From: Gammaproteobacteria bacterium
GTDB lineage: Bacteria > Pseudomonadota > Gammaproteobacteria > Arenicellales > JAOTWM01
DNA: 30,346 nt
Direction of reading: 5' to 3'
Assembly (NCBI GenBank): GCA_029862885.1
Contig: JAOTWM010000012.1
Location: 1 to 30,346, forward strand
Shown here: positions 1-8,232 of the stretch, piece after piece
How positions within the stretch are numbered: the first letter of the stretch is position 1
Layout: every line of letters starts with the position of its first letter
Program-made: the position numbers and the translations under genes
The notes under the pieces: model-generated
Databases searched by the model: none
What the model was told of the DNA's origin: nothing
What the model saw: the letters and a program-made list of their open reading frames with translations, nothing else

Positions 1-1
1 C

Positions 2-334
2 AAGGCAATCTCGGCAGCTGCCAAACAAGGTCAAGACGTGGCCCTTAGCGATGTGATCGATATGGACAGCGAATATGCTTCGCCCCTTTTGTGTGGCATA
101 GCGTCATCCTGGGGGAAGGATATTGATCTTGTTTCAACCGCCGATTTCGCCAGCGCCACTGGCGAGCTCGGCTTTCAGGCACTGAACGGCTATGGCAATC
201 TGGTTGCCGCATGGGGTGCGGGCGTTGCGGTGTCACTCAATACCCGCGTTGAGCGTATCGATTGGTCAGGTCATGGTGTGACGGTCGAGACGCCCAAAGG
301 AGCCATTGCGGGACACACGTGCGTATACCGGTAG
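2..334 (+). CDS. Flavin-containing amine oxidase-like protein, internal fragment. The 5' end is cut by the window edge and the reading frame stops where the IS21 terminal repeats begin.
   Basis: Frame is open from nt 2. The translation ...VSLNTRVERIDWSGHGVTVETPKGAIAG... resembles the substrate-domain stretch of Amino_oxidase-family enzymes. The stop at 332-334 lies at the start of the IS terminal-repeat zone, consistent with insertional truncation. Confidence 0.4.
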   Translation, partial: KAISAAAKQGQDVALSDVIDMDSEYASPLLCGIASSWGKDIDLVSTADFASATGELGFQALNGYGNLVAAWGAGVAVSLNTRVERIDWSGHGVTVETPKGAIAGHTCVYR

Positions 335-399
335 CTATGAACGCCGATTCTGGAGCATCGTGAACAGGTGATTGTGTAACGCATCGACGAGTTGAGTTT

Positions 400-1155
400 T
401 TAACTCAGGTGTTCACGATCAGTCAACTTGTTAAGTATTTTTGGCATAGATTCTCCTTTGAGTTGTAGTCTATGAGCGTTGTGCATTAATCGGTCGAGGA
501 TGGCGTCGGCGAGGGTGTTGTCACCGATGGTTGCATACCATTGATCAGTGGGGAGTTGGCTGAGCATCATGGTAGATGAGTGGCCATGTCGGTCATCCAT
601 GATCTCCATTAAATCGTGACGATGGGAGGTAGTGAGTGTTTCCAGTCCCCAATCATCGATGATTAATAATTGTATTTTGGCGATGCGGGTCAGAAGTTTG
701 TGGTAAGTGCCGTCGGCCTTGGCCTGGGTGAGTTCCAACATCAAGCGAGAGAGCCGGTAGTAACGCACGCTGATGCCGCGTAAACAGGCGTTGTGCCCGA
801 GTGCACAGGCGAGATAGGTTTTACCACTGCCACAGGGTCCGGTGATTAAGAGATTGTGGGCGCGTTGGATCCAATCCTCTTGAGCGAGCTGGGCGATGCG
901 TTTTTTAGTGATATTGCGCGCATGCTGATAGTCGATGTCCTGGATGGAGGCGGAGAGTTTAAAGCGGGCCTGACGGATGAGGCGTTGTTGTTTACGTTGT
1001 TCCCGGGTCAGGCATTCCTGTTCCAGCAACAGAGATAATCGCTCGACGAAGGTCAGTTCTTCATAGGTGCCGAGTTGTTCGAGCTGGGATGTGAGGGCAC
1101 TGGCCATGCCGGAGAGTTTGAGTTCACGTAGACGCTGGTTAAGTTGTGTATTCAT
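400..1155 (-). CDS. istB: IS21-family helper ATPase IstB
   Basis: Walker A GPCGSGKT and Walker B LLIIDD motifs. The gene lies immediately downstream of istA, typical of IstB. Confidence 0.9.
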   Translation of the reverse strand: MNTQLNQRLRELKLSGMASALTSQLEQLGTYEELTFVERLSLLLEQECLTREQRKQQRLIRQARFKLSASIQDIDYQHARNITKKRIAQLAQEDWIQRAHNLLITGPCGSGKTYLACALGHNACLRGISVRYYRLSRLMLELTQAKADGTYHKLLTRIAKIQLLIIDDWGLETLTTSHRHDLMEIMDDRHGHSSTMMLSQLPTDQWYATIGDNTLADAILDRLMHNAHRLQLKGESMPKILNKLTDREHLS

Positions 1156-1172
1156 AAGATTCAGATCCTGGT

Positions 1173-2714
1173 TTAGTGGAAGTTCCCGGGGCCGCGGATA
1201 TTGTCGTGGTCCTGGGGCAAGGTTGTGGTTAGGTTGATTTGTTCAGGCAATTGATCACGGTTGCTTTTCAAGATGGCTTTGATGTGTTTGAGGCGGTCGA
1301 GTTTTTCGCGATTGGCGAGGGCACAAGCACGGTTCAAACGCTGGGCCGGGTAGCTACGGCTGAGATTGAGTAATCCCAGGCAGACCCGATAAGCCTGTTC
1401 CGGATGGGGTTTGGATTGAAGATGTGCGGTGATCCAGATCAGACAATCGGGACCGATATCCCGGGCCCAGTTTTTTATTCTTCCCGGGGTCCATTGTTGG
1501 TGTTTTCGATGCCGTTTCGGCATGTGGTCGGGTTGAGTGGTGAAGCCTGGACGATAGCTGCGAGGATGAGAGGCAATCATTTTGTGCTGGAAATACAGGC
1601 TGATCAGGTGATCTGAGGCCTGTAGTTCCAGGGTTTCGCCCACCAACTGATGGGGGACGGAGTAGTGATGCAGTTCGTATTGGACGTGGTAATCGATATT
1701 GACCTTGACCGGTTTGATATCGACATAGCGGTAGGGATGAGGAGGCAACGGTTTTAGCGCGGGCTGGTCGAGTTGTTCGAAGGCCTGGCGGCGGTTGCCC
1801 GGCAGTTGTTTGAAGGGTTTGTGGTTGAGTTCATGGAGCAGAGCCTGGATACACTGATTGAGTTCGGCCAGGGAGAAGAAGGTGTGATGGCGCAGTCTAG
1901 CCAGTATCCAGCGCTCGACGATCTGCACCCCGGCTTCCACTTTGGCTTTGTCTTTGGGTTTAAAGGGTCGTGCCGGCACCACCGCCACTTGATAGTGTTC
2001 CGCCAGTTGCTGGTAGCTCGGATTCACATCGGGATCGTAGCGGCACGCTCGGGTGACGCCACCCTTTAAATTATCCGGCACCACGATCTCAGTCGAGCCG
2101 CCAAAGTACTGGAACGCCTGCACATGGCTTTGCAACCAGTCGGGCAAGGTTTGGGTTAGGGTGGCCTCGGCATAGGTGTAGTTGGAGGCGCCCAATACCG
2201 CCACAAAGACTTGCGCTTCCCGGATTTCGCCGGTACCCGAATGAATGATTGGGACGGTTTGTCCGGCATAGTCGACAAACAGCTTCTCACCGGCCTTGTG
2301 GGTTTGGCGCATGGAGCGCTTTTGCTTTTGCCGCCAATGCCGGTAGCGATCACAGAACTGGGAATAACTGTAACAGCGGTTGGGATACTGTTGGGTGTAT
2401 TCCTCCCATAACAGGAGTTTCGTAACCCCCTTACGTTTGAGTTCTTGGTGGATGCCTGGCCAATCCGGAACTTCAAAGCGACCGGAGATACGGGCGTCTG
2501 CATCGGGATAGAACAATCGGGCCAGTTTGTCGTCGCTGAGTTCCGGTGGCAGCGGCCAGCTGATTTCCAGCGCATCGGCTCTGGCCCGCAGTTTCTGGAT
2601 GGCGCCTACACTGAGCTTGGTGCTGGCCCGGATCTGGCGTATGGATAATCCGGCACTGTGCCGTAAACGTAATACATCTCGAATCTTTCGCATTGTGATT
2701 CTCTTGGTTGACAT
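1173..2714 (-). CDS. istA: IS21-family transposase IstA
   Basis: N-terminal HTH (TMRKIRDVLRL) and DDE-type catalytic core. The ATG at 2714 has GGAGAGG upstream; the ORF tracker's TTG at 2747 is less likely. The 3' end slightly overlaps istB. Confidence 0.88.
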   Translation of the reverse strand: MSTKRITMRKIRDVLRLRHSAGLSIRQIRASTKLSVGAIQKLRARADALEISWPLPPELSDDKLARLFYPDADARISGRFEVPDWPGIHQELKRKGVTKLLLWEEYTQQYPNRCYSYSQFCDRYRHWRQKQKRSMRQTHKAGEKLFVDYAGQTVPIIHSGTGEIREAQVFVAVLGASNYTYAEATLTQTLPDWLQSHVQAFQYFGGSTEIVVPDNLKGGVTRACRYDPDVNPSYQQLAEHYQVAVVPARPFKPKDKAKVEAGVQIVERWILARLRHHTFFSLAELNQCIQALLHELNHKPFKQLPGNRRQAFEQLDQPALKPLPPHPYRYVDIKPVKVNIDYHVQYELHHYSVPHQLVGETLELQASDHLISLYFQHKMIASHPRSYRPGFTTQPDHMPKRHRKHQQWTPGRIKNWARDIGPDCLIWITAHLQSKPHPEQAYRVCLGLLNLSRSYPAQRLNRACALANREKLDRLKHIKAILKSNRDQLPEQINLTTTLPQDHDNIRGPGNFH

Positions 2715-3109
2715 CGCCTCTCCAAAAAAAGTTGGAGAGGATATCAAATAGATTGAAAAACAATGCGTTACAAATCATTCCGGCTCATCGTGAACACCGA
2801 TTCCGGAAAAAACGGAAAAGTGTTCACGATGGACCGGAATCACTGTTCACACAAAACCGGAATCGGTGTTCACAATAAACCAGAATCACTGTTCACGCTC
2901 GGCCGGAATATGCACTAACTGTGGTAGGCATACACTTGACGTTTGCTGCCTCAAACCGAATGTCCGCAAAGTATTCCAGCCACATTTGCAAATTTCGACA
3001 TCCACATACTGCACGCGCGGTTTCCCACCGCCGACCAGGGCTTCTGATCCTGGCGCCAGAGTGTTCAGGTGTGTGGGCCCGGGATCTAACAAAGACGCTG
3101 ATATAGAAG

Positions 3110-3400
3110 AGAATGGCCCGGAATGAACCCATGAGACGCGCAACAGCTTCCGCCATTAGAGAATCCAACATAAGCTTGTCGTAAGCGCCAAATTCACCCC
3201 GAATTCGAGCGCCGTAAAAAGTGTGCTTTGTTTGTAGGGCCATTCAGGTAAGCAGCCGGGCGCTTACTCGTATTACGCAGGTTCTCCTCAACACCTCCGG
3301 CGAGGATTTCCAACCACGGTTTATCGAATAAATTCTTAAGTAAAACGACACCGTCTCTCTGGTAGCTGGCAATTTGATTGTCTGTAAGCAAAACGCTCAT
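3110..3400 (-). pseudogene. Phytanoyl-CoA dioxygenase (PhyH)-family gene remnant, frameshifted near 3200-3243 and losing homology by about 3110.
   Basis: N-terminus MSVLLTDNQIASYQRDGVVLLKNLFDKPWLEILAGG is PhyH-like. The continuation (EFGAYDKLMLDSLMAEAVARLMGS) is in a different frame. A GAGG Shine-Dalgarno precedes the ATG at 3400. Confidence 0.4.
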
Positions 3401-3820
3401 AGGAGCCTCGATCGATGCTTACTTTGATGCAGGCGCTGCAAAGTCCTGCGCCGTTACTGCAGATGGTTAGATAGGGAATATGATGCACCTGTTTTCTAAA
3501 GGTTGACTTGATTCAGAAAGTTTCATGGATTGAGAATATCCACATCGCGAAAACCATCCGGACATCGCGTACAGGAAGTAGCTCTCCTGGACAAAAGTAC
3601 AACGATGTGTTGTGACGCCACTCGACGTTTATTTCGACCAAATTAACCGAAGCAAGGGGAAGAACCAGTTCCATAGGAGCGAGAAGCTCTAGCAGAACTC
3701 GACTGAGCGGGTGACTGTTGATTCAGTTTGTCCGCTATACGTTTGATGCCGCGCGTTGAAGTATCTTAACTTCGAAAGTCGGGCGTGGCTGGATAGCTGG
3801 CAAGTCGAACCCGTATTCCC

Positions 3821-4705
3821 TCAGATATTTATTGTCACCCAATAGGGAAAGTGATCCGAGCCTTGGGATTTGATGTCTACGTAAGACGACTCAATTAGAT
3901 GGGCAATATCTGCGCTAATAAAGCAATAGTCTAATCGGCGCTTTGTTTGATCACGGTTTGGATCGTCCGCTTGATGGGTATGCTCGCTTGCCCCAAGGTG
4001 GTTAATTGTAAGACTGTCAACAAACTCATCCATATAACTAACCAACCCCATATCAGTATGTTCCCCACCGGTTAGTAAATTGTAGGGTGCACTGCCGGGT
4101 TCCGAATTAAAATCCCCTAATAAAATCGCATGAGGTGTTGCCGGAGGACATTGTTGTCCGGCACTCCAATCAGCCGAGCAGATATCTCCCGCTCCCGTCC
4201 ATGCGCCCCCGCGATACTGCCAATTTCGGTGTTGTTCCAGAAGTTCTTTCAACTGTAATAGTCTTTCCCTGTCCCGCAAATGACTTAAATGTAAAGAGTA
4301 AAAGCGTATCGGCCCAGCCTTAGTGTTGATCAAACCCTCAACTGCTCCAAGCTCCATGCTGAACGCTGTTGAGGCAAGCTTTCCGAAAACCAACAATCGA
4401 GAGCTTATGATAGGAGTTTTCGATAGCAACATCGTGCCAAATTGTCGCCGCTGATTTAATACGTTGCCAGATTCATCTCGAGCGCTGGCGTCCATGTCAA
4501 AAGCCGGACCATAAACCCAGTAATAGGCGGGCAGATAGCTGGCAATTTCTGCAACCTGATCAACGTTACCAGAGCGCTCCCAATAGCGCTCTACCTCCTG
4601 TAGGGCAACTACATCTGCGCCATCCACGCTTTGTGCAATTCTCTTTAGATTGTACTTACCGTCACGCCCTAGGCCGAAACGAATATTGTAGGTTACTAGC
4701 TGCAT
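3821..4705 (-). CDS. Endonuclease/exonuclease/phosphatase (EEP) family protein
   Basis: N-terminal TYNIRFGLGRDG...DVVALQEV and C-terminal SDHFP motifs are typical of the EEP fold. Confidence 0.8.
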   Translation of the reverse strand: MQLVTYNIRFGLGRDGKYNLKRIAQSVDGADVVALQEVERYWERSGNVDQVAEIASYLPAYYWVYGPAFDMDASARDESGNVLNQRRQFGTMLLSKTPIISSRLLVFGKLASTAFSMELGAVEGLINTKAGPIRFYSLHLSHLRDRERLLQLKELLEQHRNWQYRGGAWTGAGDICSADWSAGQQCPPATPHAILLGDFNSEPGSAPYNLLTGGEHTDMGLVSYMDEFVDSLTINHLGASEHTHQADDPNRDQTKRRLDYCFISADIAHLIESSYVDIKSQGSDHFPYWVTINI

Positions 4706-4938
4706 TGTAAGAACGCTTTAGGAGTTTAGTAAAACAAACCAAATAGCTAATTATCCAGAGACTTAAAGTGCAATTTTGACCGTGATGAGTATAAACCAGC
4801 CATGGCCGCTCTTTGCCCACCGCGGCCTTTCTTGGGAGCCTCCAAGTTAAAAGTAATCGAGTATTACGTTGGCGAAAGGATCAATTTCTTATTGATCGAC
4901 GAAAAACCTGTTCGCAATCTTCCAAGAACCATCCATCT

Positions 4939-5238
4939 TTACTCGTTGAAAAGTATCAAAAATTGGCCACCGAAATCAAACGTCACTGTTGCGCTATCTT
5001 TACTGAATATATTCATACTAATTATTTTTCCTTCGCCAGATCCATAAGTGGAATGGTCAGGGCTAACCCAATCATCGATCTCCTTGTCTATCGGAATGCA
5101 AAGCAGCTCCTGCTGACCTTCCTCGTTTTTCCAATATCCCACCATAGTGGCAATGCCAAGCCAAAACACTTTTTCGAGCCTTTCACGATCTTTAGTCATA
5201 TAGCCTTCGAAATAATCAAAAATCGTTTCCTTTATCAA
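4939..5238 (-). CDS. Hypothetical small protein, possibly NTF2/SnoaL-like, in an AT-rich islet. It uses a TTG start and has no clear RBS.
   Basis: The 99-aa ORF has protein-like composition (DYFEGYMTKDRERLEKVFWLG...). It sits in a low-GC stretch (4720-5440) and may be decayed. Confidence 0.3.
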   Translation of the reverse strand: MIKETIFDYFEGYMTKDRERLEKVFWLGIATMVGYWKNEEGQQELLCIPIDKEIDDWVSPDHSTYGSGEGKIISMNIFSKDSATVTFDFGGQFLILFNE

Positions 5239-5436
5239 ATCATAGTCATTTATGTGCGGAGATCCAAATTCGCATTGTTAGTTCGCCTGCACATTTTGTA
5301 TCCTTACTTCGTGCTGCAAAATAATAGTGAGTGGCTGCTCAGAGTATTCAGCGGAGATATAAGTGTTGACAGTGCCTGCCAGCTCAAATCTTCCCTCGTG
5401 GTATGATTACAAATTCACTGTCGACGGATAAATCGG

Positions 5437-6060
5437 ATGCAGATACTCTATGGGGCCAAGGGCGCGGGTTCGGTTGCTCCTCAAGCCTTGCTAACCCATC
5501 TAGAAGTGCCATTCGAGCTAAAGCTGATTAGCTTTGACGCAAACGAGCACCAGTCAGAGGCATTTCTTGCCGTCAACCCCCGGGGGCAGATCCCTGTGCT
5601 GGTTTTGGACGACAAAAGCGTCCTGACTGAATCGCTTGCCATCATGCTTCATGTCGCCGACAGCCACCTGTCCTCTGCATTGATTCCAGCACCGGGCAGT
5701 GCCGAGCGAGCCCAAGTGTATCGCTGGATGTCATTTACCGCGACGAATGTGTACGAGGGGCTCTTGCGTCTTCTATACCCAGATATGTACACGACCAACA
5801 GCGACCTGTCCAAAGTCGTAGAGTCGGCTGATCAGTATTTGAATTCAGCTTTTGGAATTCTCAATCAAGCGCTAAGTAAGGGGCCATGGTTGGTTGGAGG
5901 GCGTACGGGCGTCACCGATATCTATCTTGCGATGCTGCTGACTTGGTACCCTGATCAGCAGAGGCTATACGAAGTCTACACGAATCTGCAGCCGTCCTTG
6001 AAACAGACGTTGGCGCTCGAAGGTGTGACAAGGGTGTTTGAGGAAAATGAGTTGATCTAA
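5437..6060 (+). CDS. Glutathione S-transferase family protein
   Basis: Thioredoxin-like N-domain (QIPVLVLDD...ESLAIMLHV) and a helical C-domain. Length is 207 aa. Confidence 0.8.
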   Translation: MQILYGAKGAGSVAPQALLTHLEVPFELKLISFDANEHQSEAFLAVNPRGQIPVLVLDDKSVLTESLAIMLHVADSHLSSALIPAPGSAERAQVYRWMSFTATNVYEGLLRLLYPDMYTTNSDLSKVVESADQYLNSAFGILNQALSKGPWLVGGRTGVTDIYLAMLLTWYPDQQRLYEVYTNLQPSLKQTLALEGVTRVFEENELI

Positions 6061-6259
6061 CTTGTGGATGGGCGCATTGGTTTTTTCAAGGAAGTCAAAA
6101 TGTTGAAATGACCGATTTGAGTATTAAAGCGACTGTCACTTATTGCGATGCGAGTAACTAAATCGAAGATAGCAATGTTCGCCATGTTGCCGCACTATTA
6201 ACCGATCACCTCGTCGACCGTCTCGACGCTAGCCGAACTAGGCCAAGGAGTACGATTCG

Positions 6260-6745
6260 TTGAACTTTGGCTCAGCCTATTCGTCACCTGACGACAAAAG
6301 CTTCATCGCGAAGTATCGTGCCTGCTGCCATTGCGGCGCGGTGCGGTACGAAGTTCGCGCCGATCCGGTCGACGCCAAGATTTGTCATTGTAGCGATTGC
6401 CAGATATTGCACGGCGCGCCCATGCAGTGGGCCGCAATTTTCCACAAAGAGGATGTCAGGTTCGCAACTGGGGCTGAGCATTTGCGATTCTATAACAGCG
6501 TCCTCAACCGCCATGAAAGACTCGTGCCCTGTAAGGTGGCCTGCGCATTGTGCGGTACGCTAATCGCCGATGAAGGGCGAAATATGTGGCTGGCCTTTCC
6601 CACGCTTTTCGATTTCGGCGCGCCGCCACAGGTGCCCGAAGCGTTCAGGCCGACCTGTCACCTCTTCTACGGCATGCGGGTGATGGATATCGTCGATGAG
6701 TTGCCGAAATGGTCTGGCCACAAAGATAAATCGAGGCGACTTTGA
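6260..6745 (+). CDS. GFA-family (glutathione-dependent formaldehyde-activating / CENP-V-like) protein
   Basis: CHCGAVRYEV...CHCSDCQ...C zinc-binding pattern of the GFA domain. TTG start with an AAGGAG Shine-Dalgarno 9 nt upstream. Confidence 0.8.
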   Translation: MNFGSAYSSPDDKSFIAKYRACCHCGAVRYEVRADPVDAKICHCSDCQILHGAPMQWAAIFHKEDVRFATGAEHLRFYNSVLNRHERLVPCKVACALCGTLIADEGRNMWLAFPTLFDFGAPPQVPEAFRPTCHLFYGMRVMDIVDELPKWSGHKDKSRRL

Positions 6746-6814
6746 TCTTCGGTCGGAATCGTTGCGTTGTGCCTAACCGACGTGTTCTCGACTCCTCCCG
6801 CACCGCCGGGAAAA

Positions 6815-7236
6815 GGGTCAGGTCTTGCAATCAAGCACCACCGCGATACACGTGGTGCGTGAGTCGACCGTTGCGTCTTGAGTTAGCGGGTGGTCTGTGC
6901 CAAATCGGCTCCCGCTGAGATCGTCGGGAAGATTTCTATCTAAATGACGCTGATCGTATCAAGTGGTTATTGCTATCGAGTCAGGTATGCCAACGCTTCA
7001 AATGGAGATGTCACGCGTACTGCCTGATGAGTAGTCGCTAACATATGGTAGTGGAAATGGTGGAAGGTTGTTTTTCGAATGGGATGCGCCGATTGAATAG
7101 GGTGTACACGCAGTATTTTATTTTAAAGTCAATTACTCGAGCGTGAGTCGAGCGCTAAAGAAAGCGGATTTGGGTGATGGATAGGCACCGGCATTGGTTG
7201 GGTTCGACTGATATGAGTGATTGCAAGACCTGACCC
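6815..7236. repeat. 422-bp element bounded by a perfect 19-bp inverted repeat, GGGTCAGGTCTTGCAATCA (6815-6833) and TGATTGCAAGACCTGACCC (7218-7236). MITE-like, non-coding.
   Basis: The perfect inverted repeat is read directly. The element has no credible ORF. A partial third match to the IR core (AGACCTGACCC) lies at 14733-14743. Confidence 0.5.
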
Positions 7237-7289
7237 TATTTCCTTTTTTCGTTGTTCATAGTATTTTGGTTGTTCATTGAGCTGCCGAG

Positions 7290-7442
7290 TCACGGCATCG
7301 AGCCGACACAAACAGCCGTTGGCGAGAGCGGTTCGGTACATATAGACTACCGGAGTTGGGGACCTCGCAGATCAGCACGGCCCCCTGGGTTCTTGGTGTT
7401 GCGGTATGGGGCCCAATTCATTCACGCCAATCTCATCAAACT
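7290..7442 (+). promoter_or_regulatory. Conserved ~140-nt element, copy A, ending 25 nt before the start codon of the Met/His-rich protein gene. Candidate cis-regulatory RNA or leader.
   Basis: About 70% identical to 10726-10880 (copy B). Both share tcacggcatcg, aacagYcgttggcgagag, ggagacctcRc, cccaattNatttcacgccaa. The terminal ttggcg/cgccaa can pair. Confidence 0.5.
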
Positions 7443-7454
7443 GGAGAAACAACC

Positions 7455-7871
7455 ATGAAAAAGATATATATATTAATCGTAACCGCATTTACGTTCGTAA
7501 TTGCATCTTCCGGATATACAGCTAATACCGAAGAGGAGGTATCGATGGACTCCTCATCGACTATGGAGATGAGCGAAGATATGTCGGGAATGATGGGCGG
7601 GATGCATCATAAAGGGGTGGAGCATCGGGGCATGATGGGTCATCACATGATGCATTCTGGCGTATCACCGGTAACCATCATGGTTCAACCCGGAATGATG
7701 CCGATGATGGGTCATGGCATGATGCACCGCGGAGAGAAGGGTGGTCATAAAGGGGGTGAAATGGGTCGGGGAAAAATGATGAAAGAACACATGGAACGCA
7801 TGGAGCAGCGGCTGAAAAATATCGAGGCATTGCTCAGTGAACTGGTAGAGCTGCAAAAAAAAGGCGAGTAG
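7455..7871 (+). CDS. Secreted Met/His-rich protein (PcoE/SilE-like composition) with a C-terminal coiled coil. Putative periplasmic Cu(I)/Ag(I)-binding protein.
   Basis: GGAGAAA Shine-Dalgarno 5 nt before the ATG. Signal peptide MKKIYILIVTAFTFVIASSGYTA. Mature part is dense in MxxM, HxxM and MMGHH motifs. The ORF tracker's upstream extension to 7356 only translates element A. Confidence 0.75.
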   Translation: MKKIYILIVTAFTFVIASSGYTANTEEEVSMDSSSTMEMSEDMSGMMGGMHHKGVEHRGMMGHHMMHSGVSPVTIMVQPGMMPMMGHGMMHRGEKGGHKGGEMGRGKMMKEHMERMEQRLKNIEALLSELVELQKKGE

Positions 7872-8232
7872 CCAACAGACAAGCATAAGCGGGTTTCGTT
7901 TTTGGAAGGGGCAAAACTACGATATGGGTTTTCCATAGCGTATCCGAAACTGCAAAAGGGTTTCGGCTTTAACCGAGCTGTTTATTCGGGTTTGAATCCA
8001 TGTCAGTGCTTTGGCCTTAATTTGTCAAGGTCTGAATCTGATCTTTCGATTCCGTTCGTTCAGTGCGATCTCATCTGATAGTTTGGGAAAGCGGCCATGC
8101 AACTGGTCGACCTATACGGCTGCAACTTGCCCGGAGCGGTCATTCGAGAAGATTCACTGGAGGGCGGTTCTCGGCACTTTTCGGAGGCTGGCTAGATTTG
8201 ATTGTTGGTTTCATTCGAGCGAACATCCGCTC

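Larger units (their letters stand above)
350..2905 (-). mobile_element. IS21-family insertion sequence (istA-istB). Termini are uncertain by about 30 bp; related terminal motifs extend to roughly 318 and 2925.
   Basis: Two-gene istA/istB architecture. Multiple repeats of (ccggaat)cNNTGTTCAC are present at 2770-2900. Inverted copies CGTGAACAGGTGATT (358-372) and cactgttcacg (2887-2897) match each other. No clean target-site duplication was found. Confidence 0.85.

Noticed and set aside
856-2778. Numerous 60-140-aa ORFs on both strands inside the IS (e.g. 856..1038, 1404..1616, 1773..2069, 2156..2575, 2473..2778)
   Set aside because: They lie wholly within or antisense to istA/istB. They are GC-rich and their low-complexity translations have no motifs, so they are out-of-frame artefacts.
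4813-5406. 197-aa + strand ORF in the AT-rich islet
   Set aside because: The translation is dominated by I/L/F/K typical of AT-rich non-coding DNA. It overlaps the more protein-like minus-strand ORF.
7356-7454. The 33-codon N-terminal extension of the Met/His-rich ORF in the six-frame track
   Set aside because: It translates conserved element A (also present without a gene at 10726). The real start is the SD-preceded ATG at 7455, followed by a signal peptide.
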